Below, in pieces: positions 36,449-46,264 of a DNA stretch of 64,000 nt. Position numbers and translations under genes: made by a program. Under the pieces are notes generated by a model that was not told where the DNA came from, did no database searches, and worked only from the letters and a program-made list of their open reading frames with translations. The DNA is from a virus (Duplodnaviria > Caudoviricetes): positions 64,001 through 128,000 of IMG/VR virus record IMGVR_UViG_3300044719_000253; one strand, 5' to 3'. Within the stretch, counting starts at the first letter, position 1; each line of letters opens with the position of its first letter.

Positions 36449-38577
36449 GTTGTTTGTGGGCTACCAAAGACTTGGGTGGGGGTGTAGATGCCGTCAAACA
36501 AATGGTCAAAGCGGTTGGTGAAAATGAAGCTGGCCGGATCGCTGAGCGCCTCGTACTGCTTTTCGAAAGCGAATAGCACCGACAGACTGCGGCCTTTCAT
36601 GGTCATGGACAACACCGAAGGTTGCGAGGTAGTCCATGGTTTCGGCAGGCTGTAGTCGTTGGCTTCGGCCGAGATGATCGTGGTCGCATACAGAATCACT
36701 TCCAGACACGACAAGTTCACGTTCAACTTACGATTGACGAAGTCGAACAGTTCGACAATCATCTTATCGGCTGTTTCCGTGCGGGATCGTGCTTTCATTT
36801 CGGCCACACGCGATTCCAACATCCTTGCCACAGCGTCGACGTGGTCTGAGTTATTGAAGTGCTTGGCAGGCATCACCAAGACTGGATCATCCCAATTCCA
36901 ATCGGTCAGATCTACCTCATAACGATCTTCACCGCGTTGCTTACCGCGGGTACCTTCCGCCGATGACGGTACCGTTTTGTAACCATGATCGCGAATGTAT
37001 TCCAGCATTTCGTACGACAGGCTGGCTTCGCGGCTGCCCTGTACACCGACATCCACGCCCACCACTTGTTCCATGCCAACCACCCTCTGCTTGCTGTCAG
37101 CGTTGTTAAGCAGATCCACCGCCCCAACGCCTTCCGCGATCTTGATGTTCAGCACGGTCATTTCACTGTAGTGATTTTCCGGATGCTCCCGGACATCCTC
37201 CACAGTCCTGATGTCATGTAAGCTTTCGACTTGGCTCCTTAAGAAAATCAGACTGACGTCTTTGTCTTCGATATCCTTAGACAGCACATACGACGAGTTG
37301 TCGGCGCCGCCCGCGATGTACTTAGTCCACTGAGGAGGGATGTCAATCCGTTCCAACGCGCTAGAACGCTCCAGGTGCTTCGCCGACAGCAGGGCTTGGG
37401 TAGCTTGCTCTGCCATCGTGGTCGCGCACCATTGGCCGATATTCGCATCAGGTGGCACGTTAAATGCGAGTTCACCGAAGCAGGTCGAGCAGACCCCAGC
37501 CGGATCCGGATGAGCACAATGCAACGTAGTGCGCAGCTGTACGGTTTGCCCCAGCAGATGGAAATCCATGGGCGTGAGCACCTTCAGCTTACCAGTGGCT
37601 TCATCCAGATAGTACTTACCATTGAGCAGTTCCAGATCGCTGTCCTTGACCTTCTCCCCAGTTTCGTCTTTCTTAGCATCGCGCAGCTTCCATGGCAAAT
37701 ACTGCGTCGAGCCACAATCGCAGTCTTGGTGGATGTTGCGGATGTTTTGCGAGACGAACTGGAGTTTACGCGAGAAGTACTCGGACATCCTGAGTGACTC
37801 AGCCGCATAGTACGAAGCACGCGCCGCTGAGCGGGTTTCAATGGCGGAATCGGCGATACCGCGAATCCCTTCCACGTAACCACGGCGGATGGTGTGACCG
37901 AAGATACGCGAGTTCATGTCCGTCGGGTTACCACGGGGACCGATGTTTTGGTGCACCTGGGTTTCCTTCAGTAACTTCGAGCGGTATTCACGCACCAGCG
38001 GGTTGTGGGCCAGACGGGTGGTTTTCTTGAACACATTGTCGATGACTTGATACACTTCCCGCACGTGGATTTCACCACGTTGCACCGCTTGATTGGCGGC
38101 GTAGATTTCCGGATCATCCATCGCTTCATGGAAGTGCAGAATATCGATGGTGCCGACGAACCGGCCAGCGCGTTTGATGAAGTCGCAATACTGGAAGTTG
38201 TTGATGTCGTACGCCATCTTCCACAACGTGGTGCGGGGAATCGGCGTGGCGCTGTGACGGTAGGCATCGTAGGTGGCCAACATGCAGTTACCGATCAGCG
38301 ACAGATCGGAACCAATCGATAACCGCCCTGGCAAGCCAGTCTTCTTGTCGAACTTCAGAATGCCACGGATGTGGTGTTCGGCCAACAACGGGGTGTTGGG
38401 GTACTGGCGATGAAAATCCCACGCATAACTGCTATAGCACGTCTCCACATGGTTGGTTACGAACTCCTCGCCGTCATCCATGACCAGGATGAATTCACCG
38501 GCAAGAACATTCCACAGATCCGCCGCGGTAAAGCCCAACAAACACCGCGCGGGGATTCTCTTAAGAGGTTTGGTCAT
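36445..38577 (-). CDS. Non-virion RNA polymerase beta' C-terminal subunit (phiKZ gp74-like)
   Basis: Start reassigned to 38577; QNIGPRG, ETRSAAR, YFSRKLQ, DCGS..C..CSTCFG zinc site, EQATQALLSAKH trigger-loop-like motif. Confidence 0.9.
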   Translation of the reverse strand: MTKPLKRIPARCLLGFTAADLWNVLAGEFILVMDDGEEFVTNHVETCYSSYAWDFHRQYPNTPLLAEHHIRGILKFDKKTGLPGRLSIGSDLSLIGNCMLATYDAYRHSATPIPRTTLWKMAYDINNFQYCDFIKRAGRFVGTIDILHFHEAMDDPEIYAANQAVQRGEIHVREVYQVIDNVFKKTTRLAHNPLVREYRSKLLKETQVHQNIGPRGNPTDMNSRIFGHTIRRGYVEGIRGIADSAIETRSAARASYYAAESLRMSEYFSRKLQFVSQNIRNIHQDCDCGSTQYLPWKLRDAKKDETGEKVKDSDLELLNGKYYLDEATGKLKVLTPMDFHLLGQTVQLRTTLHCAHPDPAGVCSTCFGELAFNVPPDANIGQWCATTMAEQATQALLSAKHLERSSALERIDIPPQWTKYIAGGADNSSYVLSKDIEDKDVSLIFLRSQVESLHDIRTVEDVREHPENHYSEMTVLNIKIAEGVGAVDLLNNADSKQRVVGMEQVVGVDVGVQGSREASLSYEMLEYIRDHGYKTVPSSAEGTRGKQRGEDRYEVDLTDWNWDDPVLVMPAKHFNNSDHVDAVARMLESRVAEMKARSRTETADKMIVELFDFVNRKLNVNLSCLEVILYATTIISAEANDYSLPKPWTTSQPSVLSMTMKGRSLSVLFAFEKQYEALSDPASFIFTNRFDHLFDGIYTPTQVFGSPQTT

Positions 38578-38587
38578 GTGTACACTA

Positions 38588-38622
38588 AGAAGAAGCCCGC
38601 CCCCGAGGTAAGGGGCGGGTGG
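38588..38622 (-). terminator. Hairpin between the RNAP genes
   Basis: Stem CCCGCCCC/GGGGCGGG followed by CTTCTTCTT on the minus strand. Confidence 0.6.
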
Positions 38623-38627
38623 GTTAA

Positions 38628-40835
38628 TCACGCAGCTTTCGTGCTGTTGTCGAAATAGTAGCCGAGGTTGGCCGGATGGGTCGGGTGATACGGATCCCAC
38701 GCCATCTCGTAACCCGCACACGCCCACACGTGGTTGACCGTTTGCAGGCTGCGCGAACCATCGAGCGGAATCACACGGCGGTCCACTGCTTGCGCAATGC
38801 GGGTCGGTGATTCGGCTTCGAAGATACTCCAGCACATGGCCTTGTGGGCTTCCACGCTGTTGTTACGATCCAGGATCTCGGCCGCGGTCAGCGTCCCCGA
38901 ATACGAGATCACGATGCGGATTTCCGATTCCCCATACGCCTTGGTCGGTTGCATGCGGATGCGTTCCGAATACTTGTCCGCATTCGACAGTGTCGCTACC
39001 ACGCCCGCATGTTGACGACGCGCTGACGCCACGGCGGACCAGCTATCCGCGATCTTTTCCAGCATAATAATCGACAACGGCGCAATCCGGATCGGTTCCA
39101 CCGTGGTTTCGAATTCCCCCGAAGCGGTACGGTACGTCACCGGCGTAAACGTCGGCGGGTACAAGCGTTGGATATCCGCCACCATGTTCTTCAGTTCCAG
39201 TTCATGGTCGGAGCGCATGTACAGCACCGTATACCCTTTGGAAAGAATATACGACAAGTGGCTGATCGGGGTCGACGAATAACGTCCTTCCCGGAACACC
39301 GCCGCTTGCTTGGGTACCGTGATCTCATAGAACCCGAGCAGATATTCCCACGCCCGTGCCAAATCAGCGGGGCGTTCACGCTGCACTTTCAGCAACTCGT
39401 TCATCATCTGACCACGGCGCTGGCGATCCCGCACCCCCAACATTTGCACCACCCGCTTGTACATATCACGGGCAGCACCATTGATGATGTGCTCATACAG
39501 ACGACCCGGGATCATGCGGTTATTCACCGCCGCTTGGTCAAAGATCATCTCGGCGCGATTACCATCGGCATCCACCGGCATGTCTTCGTCTTCCCAGACC
39601 GAGACCACAACTCCTTTCCCGCCAAAAAGATCAGTAAATTTGTTCCCCATGTTGGGGATGATTTTGTTCTTGATGGTGAATTCGATGCGGTAATCGTCGA
39701 TGCGGGTTTTCTTGTGCACCTTCACCACGGTGTTGTTGCCATCCTGGTTCGGCGCGATCACCGAGATGGCTTCGATGATCAAGTTGTGCAGCTTCGGTTG
39801 CAAGATCGGGTGACGTGGACGCAGATCGTAGCACAGCTTTTGGTACCAGTCGTAAATCCCTTTGAGGAATTCCCGACGACCGGCATCGTAACGCAGCGGT
39901 TGCTCTTCCATCTGTACCGGTGTACCCATGATCCCGGTGTTGAAGTCATGGTGCACCTTGATGTCGATCACTTCGCCATCAGCACAGATCTTTTCGTCGA
40001 ACATGAAGTCGACCCGTTGGCACGCTTTGACACTCATCTCGGCAATCGCCAAGTCTTCGCGGTAACTGCGCAGCGCCATTAGGATGCCATCCGGATTGAC
40101 CCGTTCCCCGATATTGGGGTGGATCTTGTAGGTCTTGTCATCCCCGTACAGATTCAGTGGGAATTTGTTTTGACCAAACTCCACCACCCGCCGCTCAAAC
40201 GTGTTGAAGCCAAATTTCTTCAGCGCCGAACGGGCCACCACAATCCCGTCCTCGGCCACGTCAGGCAAACCCATCATCGCGACGTTGATGGTCACGCTGA
40301 AGGCATAATCGCCTTGGCCCGAGGGATCGTCCGGATCATGAATCACCCCAGGCGAATCGCGGAACACGTGGTCGCGTTTGATTTCTTGCCCGACGCTAAT
40401 CGCCATCCCACGGTCCACGTAGCTAAAGCCGAGATACGGGTGATAGGTGCTGTAATCCGTGATGCTGACCATCCCGTACTCATACGGCGCATCCGGTTCG
40501 TTGGATTGAAACACCACCACCGTTTCCGGCGGGCTGGTCTTAAATGCGTTTTCTCCTTCACGACGCAGATAGCGGTGGAAGATGCCACGCACGATGCCGG
40601 TCACTGGCATGCGCTGGGCGAACGTGGTTTTCACCAACCGGGTGTCCAAGCCGGTTTGGATGATGCGTTCTTGGACCCCGTCCACAACCACGATCTGTCC
40701 CAGGTTATTGCCATACATCTGCTTACGGGACGCCGAGATCGCCGCGTTGAACGCGTTGATCGACATGATACTTTCCCCTTGCGGGAAATGTTGATTCGGT
40801 TCGTAGTACGACGGTTTAATATCCCATGTTGCCAT
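38628..40835 (-). CDS. Non-virion RNA polymerase beta C-terminal subunit (phiKZ gp71-73-like), uninterrupted
   Basis: SASRKQMYGNN, EDGIVV, GNKFTDLFGGKGVV, NNRMIPG, YGESE are RpoB C-terminal motifs. Confidence 0.9.
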   Translation of the reverse strand: MATWDIKPSYYEPNQHFPQGESIMSINAFNAAISASRKQMYGNNLGQIVVVDGVQERIIQTGLDTRLVKTTFAQRMPVTGIVRGIFHRYLRREGENAFKTSPPETVVVFQSNEPDAPYEYGMVSITDYSTYHPYLGFSYVDRGMAISVGQEIKRDHVFRDSPGVIHDPDDPSGQGDYAFSVTINVAMMGLPDVAEDGIVVARSALKKFGFNTFERRVVEFGQNKFPLNLYGDDKTYKIHPNIGERVNPDGILMALRSYREDLAIAEMSVKACQRVDFMFDEKICADGEVIDIKVHHDFNTGIMGTPVQMEEQPLRYDAGRREFLKGIYDWYQKLCYDLRPRHPILQPKLHNLIIEAISVIAPNQDGNNTVVKVHKKTRIDDYRIEFTIKNKIIPNMGNKFTDLFGGKGVVVSVWEDEDMPVDADGNRAEMIFDQAAVNNRMIPGRLYEHIINGAARDMYKRVVQMLGVRDRQRRGQMMNELLKVQRERPADLARAWEYLLGFYEITVPKQAAVFREGRYSSTPISHLSYILSKGYTVLYMRSDHELELKNMVADIQRLYPPTFTPVTYRTASGEFETTVEPIRIAPLSIIMLEKIADSWSAVASARRQHAGVVATLSNADKYSERIRMQPTKAYGESEIRIVISYSGTLTAAEILDRNNSVEAHKAMCWSIFEAESPTRIAQAVDRRVIPLDGSRSLQTVNHVWACAGYEMAWDPYHPTHPANLGYYFDNSTKAA

Positions 40836-40893
40836 ACGTAATCCTTTGTTATGGATTTAGTTGTTGTTACTTATGAGGCGATTGGCCTACATC

Positions 40894-40904
40894 TTAGTGA
40901 TATA
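40894..40904 (-). promoter_or_regulatory. Putative early (virion-RNAP) promoter TATATCACTAA
   Basis: Identical 11-mer also at 46167-46177 and 55183-55193, each 50-85 nt upstream of a nucleus/nvRNAP gene; resembles the phiKZ early consensus TATATTAC. Confidence 0.7.
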
Positions 40905-40936
40905 GGCATGAAACTTTTTAATGCTTGCGGAGGTGA

Positions 40937-41275
40937 ATGATGGCGTTGATCGATTTGATGGTAAATGCAGGTGAAGATTTGTTTTACGATCCTGGATTTC
41001 GAAATGTGTTGGAAGACCACATGACGTATCTGCGTGAGCAATACAGTCAGATGGTGATGTTGCGCCCCGATGAAAGCTACCAGTGGCGTGGTGATTTCTT
41101 TGGGTTGTTGGATGGACGAAACTACGCACGCAAATACCACTGGGTGATTCTGCGCTTGAACCAATACACCTCGCCGACACAGTTCGACGAAGACACGTTG
41201 GCGATTTTGGTGCCCGATTTTGCGGAGATCGACCGCATCGCACAAGCGTATCAAGCGGTTCCCAAGATCAGTTAA
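40937..41275 (+). CDS. Small conserved protein, possibly LysM-like/T4 gp53-like baseplate component
   Basis: 112 aa, GGAGGTG RBS; YHWVILRLNQYTSP pattern. Confidence 0.55.
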   Translation: MMALIDLMVNAGEDLFYDPGFRNVLEDHMTYLREQYSQMVMLRPDESYQWRGDFFGLLDGRNYARKYHWVILRLNQYTSPTQFDEDTLAILVPDFAEIDRIAQAYQAVPKIS

Positions 41276-41308
41276 TACGATTCATGAATCTTTTTTCATA
41301 CATCTAGG

Positions 41309-41373
41309 AAAAAAGAACAGTGCATAGGAAAAACCAACACAACCCGCGAAGGTTGTGTTGGTCTTATGCCGTC
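41309..41373. terminator. Bidirectional terminator
   Basis: A-run, GTGCATA, stem ACCAACACAACC-CGCGAA-GGTTGTGTTGGT, CTTATGCCGTC. Confidence 0.75.
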
Positions 41374-41380
41374 CTAACGA

Positions 41381-42712
41381 TCAGTACCGGCGCGGCGCCA
41401 TATTCGGTGGCAGATACCCGTTGTTTTGCGGATAAGCTGGTTGCGAATAACCCGACTGATACACCGGTTGTTGCTGCGGGTACGGTGTCGCTGGACGACC
41501 ACCGCCGAGCATCCGGTTGAGGTCATTCACCGACATCGGGCCACCGCTTTGCTGCGGGACCGGCGGCTGCTGATACGGGGCACTATACGCCGGTTGGTAC
41601 GGCAGGGGTGCCGGGGCCGGTTGCGGTTCCCACGGTGGCGTTGTGGTCGGATAGGCCGGTGCCGCCGGTACGGCTTGCGCTTGGACGCGCTTACGCGGAT
41701 CGACGGCTTCCGGGGCCGGCTCGTTGATGACACCGGTGGCTTGGGCAGGCACCGAACGGATTTGCGGCCACAGGGCGTCGAGATTTTCGAATGCCTCGAC
41801 CCAGCTCAGATCCAGAATCGCTTCCTTCAGGATCCGGTCGGCGGTGGGATCGACCCCCATCAGTTTTTCCGAGATTGCATTCAGATGGGTGGCGATCGGC
41901 AGCCAGGCCATCATCATAGCGTCCACCGACGGCGCGATGCGCGAGTTGGAACCGACATCGTACTGATGTGGGATATCCAGGCTCGGGATCAGGTAACGCA
42001 TCAGACCAATGAACGGCTGACGGTCCTTGACCTTCACTTCGCAACCGAACACTTCATCGACCGGCTTGGGGGGCTTCTTGGTCTTCGGTGCCGCTTTGTA
42101 GGCCTGCGCTTCCGCATCCAGCCGCACCAGTTCATCGTAGAACGGGAAATTCACCACAGCGACGCGGTGGTAGCTTTGGCCGCGCAACGTAGTGGCTTGG
42201 CTCAGATACAACGACACGAACACTTGCTGGATCTGGTTCGGCTTGGCTGCCACTTCCGAGATGTTATTCCAGGCCTTGATGGTTTCATCGATGTCCTTCC
42301 AGCGTTCGAGCGAGCCGGCATCAGCGTCCACGATCAGGTCCAGGAAGTCCTTTTGGTGCGGCGACAGCCGTTTGGTGATTTCCTTGTCGGCGATAAACTT
42401 CAGGATCACCGAGCCCAGGCCGCCGATCACCAGATTGAAACGGTTGATCAGCCAGTGGCGGTAGCGGGCCAGCAAGTCCGAATCCTTCGGGCCGTTGTCG
42501 CGCAGCAGGTGGAACACTTCATAATCCTTTACGTTGGGATCACGCAGGCGTTCGTCCAGCGGCAGCACCACCATCTTGCGGTCTTTGGCGGTGACCGGGA
42601 TGTATTCACCGGGTTCGATTTCCATGCGCACGAAGCCTTCGCTGGTGGTTTCCATCCGTGCCAGGCGCAGCATCGAACGATAGACATCGAACATATCGAG
42701 TTGGTCACTCAT
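41381..42712 (-). CDS. Nucleus-module protein (phiKZ gp70-like)
   Basis: 443 aa, immediately downstream of picA; C-terminal P/Q/Y-rich low-complexity tail. Confidence 0.6.
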   Translation of the reverse strand: MSDQLDMFDVYRSMLRLARMETTSEGFVRMEIEPGEYIPVTAKDRKMVVLPLDERLRDPNVKDYEVFHLLRDNGPKDSDLLARYRHWLINRFNLVIGGLGSVILKFIADKEITKRLSPHQKDFLDLIVDADAGSLERWKDIDETIKAWNNISEVAAKPNQIQQVFVSLYLSQATTLRGQSYHRVAVVNFPFYDELVRLDAEAQAYKAAPKTKKPPKPVDEVFGCEVKVKDRQPFIGLMRYLIPSLDIPHQYDVGSNSRIAPSVDAMMMAWLPIATHLNAISEKLMGVDPTADRILKEAILDLSWVEAFENLDALWPQIRSVPAQATGVINEPAPEAVDPRKRVQAQAVPAAPAYPTTTPPWEPQPAPAPLPYQPAYSAPYQQPPVPQQSGGPMSVNDLNRMLGGGRPATPYPQQQPVYQSGYSQPAYPQNNGYLPPNMAPRRY

Positions 42713-42733
42713 TGTGGTTTCCTTTATTATAGA

Positions 42734-42757
42734 CGACCCTAGGTACGCCTAGGGTCG
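42734..42757 (-). terminator. Hairpin after picA
   Basis: CGACCCTAGG-TACG-CCTAGGGTCG perfect stem; no long T-run. Confidence 0.5.
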
Positions 42758-42767
42758 ATGGTGATGA

Positions 42768-44432
42768 TTAGTAGCGGGTGCCCGAGGGCGGGGTCTGGAA
42801 CAACAGATCCGTGGCGAGCGGCTCGACAACCCGAGTGACCGCTTGCTGCAACTGATGGAACTGGGTCGCGACTTGGTCCAGCGTATCCGGTTGCGAAGTC
42901 AACACAGGTGGCATGCTGGCCGACATGAAGGCCGGGTGCACGTAGGTGTACTGCGGCTTGCCATCGATCGAGATCTTCGTAACAATATCGCCATTGAGGT
43001 CAGCGGCGATATCGAGATCGTAGCGATGCCAGCGCCCGCCGCCAGTCATCGGGTTGATGAACTGTTCAGTGAACATGTGCTTGATGATTTCCAGCTGCGG
43101 CACCGGATTGACCCCCGGCATATACGGCACACCATTGGTGACCCAGCACACACTCTCGCGGTTGCTGTTGGATGCGAACAGGTCGAGGGCGCGAATCCCG
43201 TTATCCATCATCAGTGGCGACAGAATGTTGTTGATCTGATTGGCCCACTGGGTTGACAAATCCTGACCATGCCAGGGCGACGTGTCTTGCCCCACCGCCA
43301 TGTTTTCCCGACGCGCCCCTTTGAACTGGTTGTAATCGCGCAGATTGATCTTCAGCACTTGGTCACTTTCGGCATTCGGATCGATCATAAGCAGATCGCG
43401 GAACTTGAAGGTGGCCGACACTTGACCGCTACCGTAATTGGCCAGCGCCTTGAGGAACGGATCGTCCGCGGCGGCTGGATCCCGCAACAGCCGGGTGGCC
43501 ACGGTGTACGGCTGCATTGCGCTGTTGTTACCCGTCTTGATCGCCATGTCATGCCCGGTGGCCAAGCCGCCGATGATTTTCGCCATGTAGTTATTCGGAT
43601 TGGTGTTGTGCACATCCGAGAACGTGGGCGTGCCGTTTTGCATATAACGGGTATCGGTAGTGCTGATCCCCGAATTGAGCAACTTCGGATCATTCATGCG
43701 CGACAGTGTGGCAGCCACTTCGTACGGTCGCATGCGAATCACGTTGGCGTTGTCAACCGAATCGAACTGGGTGTCGAGCAAGACTTGGTGCACGCTGTGC
43801 ATTTCCCACTGGCTTTGCGGACCATACCCGTAGTCGCGGGTGGTCTTGATGACTTCCATCACCGAGTTGACGGTGAGTTCCATCTGCGGGTCCAGGGTGT
43901 AGTCACTGTTGTTCAAACCAGCACGCATCTGTTTCTGGATAATCCCCATGAAGTTGGTGTAACCATTCATGAGGAAACGTTGCGGTTCCACTGCGCCATG
44001 GCGATATACGGCGATACGCAGCAGGAACCGAGCGGTTTGCAGATGCAAGCCCTGGGCCAAATTCAACCGTGCCGGTGCTTCGTGAAACGCAGCAGGCACG
44101 ATAAAGTTGGCCGACACCGGGGCCAAATCGAGGGGATTGATCTGATACTGCGCCATCGGATCGATCGCGCCCGCTTCTTGGCGTTGGCGGAATTCATTGT
44201 AGCTGTGCCCCACCACCTCATACACCTGGTTGATGTTGCCGGTGTTCAGCTCCGTCACGAATGGGCGGCGGTATTGCTGCTGGTACGTGCCGGTCGGCAC
44301 CACCACCAGTTCTTCCACCACGATTTGCGTGGCACGCGACGGGAAAGTCGGTTGGATACGCTGGTCAGCTTGATCACCGTAAGCTTGGTGCGGGTTGAAG
44401 GGTTGGTGGTTGTACGGATCGTGGTAAGACAT
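42768..44432 (-). CDS. picA: Phage nucleus protein-import factor PicA/Imp1 (phiKZ gp69-like)
   Basis: Start MSYHDP just after the gp68-like stop; TGTYQQQYRRPF N-terminal motif; conserved position chmC - gp68 - picA - gp70 - beta. Confidence 0.7.
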   Translation of the reverse strand: MSYHDPYNHQPFNPHQAYGDQADQRIQPTFPSRATQIVVEELVVVPTGTYQQQYRRPFVTELNTGNINQVYEVVGHSYNEFRQRQEAGAIDPMAQYQINPLDLAPVSANFIVPAAFHEAPARLNLAQGLHLQTARFLLRIAVYRHGAVEPQRFLMNGYTNFMGIIQKQMRAGLNNSDYTLDPQMELTVNSVMEVIKTTRDYGYGPQSQWEMHSVHQVLLDTQFDSVDNANVIRMRPYEVAATLSRMNDPKLLNSGISTTDTRYMQNGTPTFSDVHNTNPNNYMAKIIGGLATGHDMAIKTGNNSAMQPYTVATRLLRDPAAADDPFLKALANYGSGQVSATFKFRDLLMIDPNAESDQVLKINLRDYNQFKGARRENMAVGQDTSPWHGQDLSTQWANQINNILSPLMMDNGIRALDLFASNSNRESVCWVTNGVPYMPGVNPVPQLEIIKHMFTEQFINPMTGGGRWHRYDLDIAADLNGDIVTKISIDGKPQYTYVHPAFMSASMPPVLTSQPDTLDQVATQFHQLQQAVTRVVEPLATDLLFQTPPSGTRY

Positions 44433-44433
44433 G

Positions 44434-46119
44434 TTAGAAGCTCCTGGTGGCGATGCGGGTTGCGAGTTCCGCAAAGCGGTTACGAAAATCAGACTTGACG
44501 ATATACCGGCGGTTGCCGTCGTGGTTGGGAACACGCTTGACCCATGCGGGGGGCAAGTTGAGTAACCATTGGTATTTCGCAATGTCTTGGGTGATATTGT
44601 TAATCAATCGCACAGCCACGTTCGGTTGCTTGGCGTACGAGGGATTGTCGCTACGGCGTTTGCCTTCTTTCCGTTGGTGATACGGGAAGTGTTCGGCCAG
44701 CGCCGCAAGGTTAGCATCCGTCAGTTCAGCAGGAGGTGGGCTGCTGCCCCGCGGATTGCCTTCACGATCTTTGTCCGGCGTTGCCGTCATCAAAGCCGCG
44801 ATGTCGTAGAAGCCGTTATAGCACAACAATGCTGTGCCCACGGCCATCATATTCAAATCTTCCACGAGATTCATCTCATCGATGGCCCGCGGCGGGAACA
44901 ATGCATCCCAGCGTTCCTGAAACTTGGGATCCACTTCCCACTGCCCGTCGAGTTGACGACACTCAGCACCCAGCACGTTTTGCAGGATGGTGAATTGCGA
45001 TTGTAACGGACGGTTGCGCCGCAGCGGTTCGATGGTTTTGAGCGCCAGTTGTAACCAGGTCTCATCCATGTCGGGATGCATCCGGCCGATGAACAACTCG
45101 GGTGTGCGCGCACAGGCTTCTGGTAAAGTCAAGTCGCCGGCCGGGAACGGTTCCCGGATCTTGATCAATTCCGACACCGAAGCACGGTTTTCCTGATCAT
45201 TCCCGCCCGCACCACTTTCCGGAATCTTCGGCTTGACCCGTTCATTGAACTGGCGATCCGCGCCTTCCAGATGCTGTTCGATGAACGAGTAGACCCGACC
45301 AATCAGCGAGAAGTTGGGATCGCGACCCGAGAAGTCCACCCATGCCAAGCGGCGCACGATCAAAATCGCTAGGGTTTGGAACGGCGCATCTTCGCGTGGT
45401 ACCGAGCCTTCCATGGCCGAGTTCTTGAATTTCTCGGGCGTCAGGTAACGGTTGATGTAAGTTTCCAGCCGGGTGTAGCCATCGGTTTCCGCCAACACGG
45501 TTTGGGTCGCCAAGCGCAGCGCATACATCTCCTTGAACTGGTTATTGACTTCTTCGTTGACGTTTTCCAGGAACTGGCCCCAAATCGGCACCAACATCCG
45601 GGTCAACATCACCAACACCACCAAGCCCCAGTAATCCTTTTCGATGTAAGTGGCATCTGCTGGGCGATTGCGCAGGCCAAAACCTTCGCCCTTTTCCGCC
45701 GATTCTTCATAAGTCGGGTACACCCGGATCCCGCTCGGGAATACAATGGTCGGGGTCAGGCGCACCCACTGCGCCACGTGTTCGGGTGGACAAATCTCGA
45801 AAATCTTTTTGATGTGCGGCGGTACACGACGGCGCAGATCCTTGATCGATTCGTGGGCGTACGGTTCGAGGATCTCGCGGATCGCCCGGTATTCTTCGAA
45901 CAGTTCGTTTTGTTTGTGCGGCGGTAGTTGATTTAAGTACTGGTTGATGTGGTCAAACGGATCAAACGGTAAACGTTCAACTTCATCGTCATCCACTTTG
46001 CCGCGTTGCGGCTTCTTGTTACTGCGTTCCAAAATCTTAACATCCCACACCAGTTCCTGGCCAGCGTGGTCAATAACAATGGTTGAGGATTTGACGGCAT
46101 ACTCTTTCCGAAATCGCAC
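44434..46119 (-). CDS. Non-virion RNAP promoter-specificity (sigma-like) subunit (phiKZ gp68-like)
   Basis: Start reassigned to GTG 46119 (AAGGAG RBS, 8-nt spacer); TYIEKDYWGL, PIWGQF motifs; synteny. Confidence 0.7.
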   Translation of the reverse strand: MRFRKEYAVKSSTIVIDHAGQELVWDVKILERSNKKPQRGKVDDDEVERLPFDPFDHINQYLNQLPPHKQNELFEEYRAIREILEPYAHESIKDLRRRVPPHIKKIFEICPPEHVAQWVRLTPTIVFPSGIRVYPTYEESAEKGEGFGLRNRPADATYIEKDYWGLVVLVMLTRMLVPIWGQFLENVNEEVNNQFKEMYALRLATQTVLAETDGYTRLETYINRYLTPEKFKNSAMEGSVPREDAPFQTLAILIVRRLAWVDFSGRDPNFSLIGRVYSFIEQHLEGADRQFNERVKPKIPESGAGGNDQENRASVSELIKIREPFPAGDLTLPEACARTPELFIGRMHPDMDETWLQLALKTIEPLRRNRPLQSQFTILQNVLGAECRQLDGQWEVDPKFQERWDALFPPRAIDEMNLVEDLNMMAVGTALLCYNGFYDIAALMTATPDKDREGNPRGSSPPPAELTDANLAALAEHFPYHQRKEGKRRSDNPSYAKQPNVAVRLINNITQDIAKYQWLLNLPPAWVKRVPNHDGNRRYIVKSDFRNRFAELATRIATRSF

Positions 46120-46166
46120 GTTGTGAACTCCTTGTTGTTGGTTGTGATATCCTGGTACTGCTCGTG

Positions 46167-46177
46167 TTAGTGATATA
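46167..46177 (-). promoter_or_regulatory. Putative early promoter TATATCACTAA
   Basis: Second copy of the 11-mer, 48 nt upstream of the GTG start. Confidence 0.7.
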
Positions 46178-46217
46178 TGCTTGAGTTTTCTTAGCGTCCT
46201 TTTTTCTCGCACCAAAG

Positions 46218-46245
46218 GCATAGCCCACGCGGCCCGAAAGCCGCG
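46218..46245 (-). terminator. Hairpin after chmC
   Basis: Stem CGCGGC-CCGAAA-GCCGCG; the minus strand continues CTATGCCTTT. Confidence 0.6.
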
Positions 46246-46264
46246 CGGTACTAATTAAGACACA

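Noticed and set aside
38628-40835. Possible intron or endonuclease in the beta subunit, as in phiKZ gp71-73
   Set aside because: The ORF is continuous with the expected motifs in order and no insertion of intron size.
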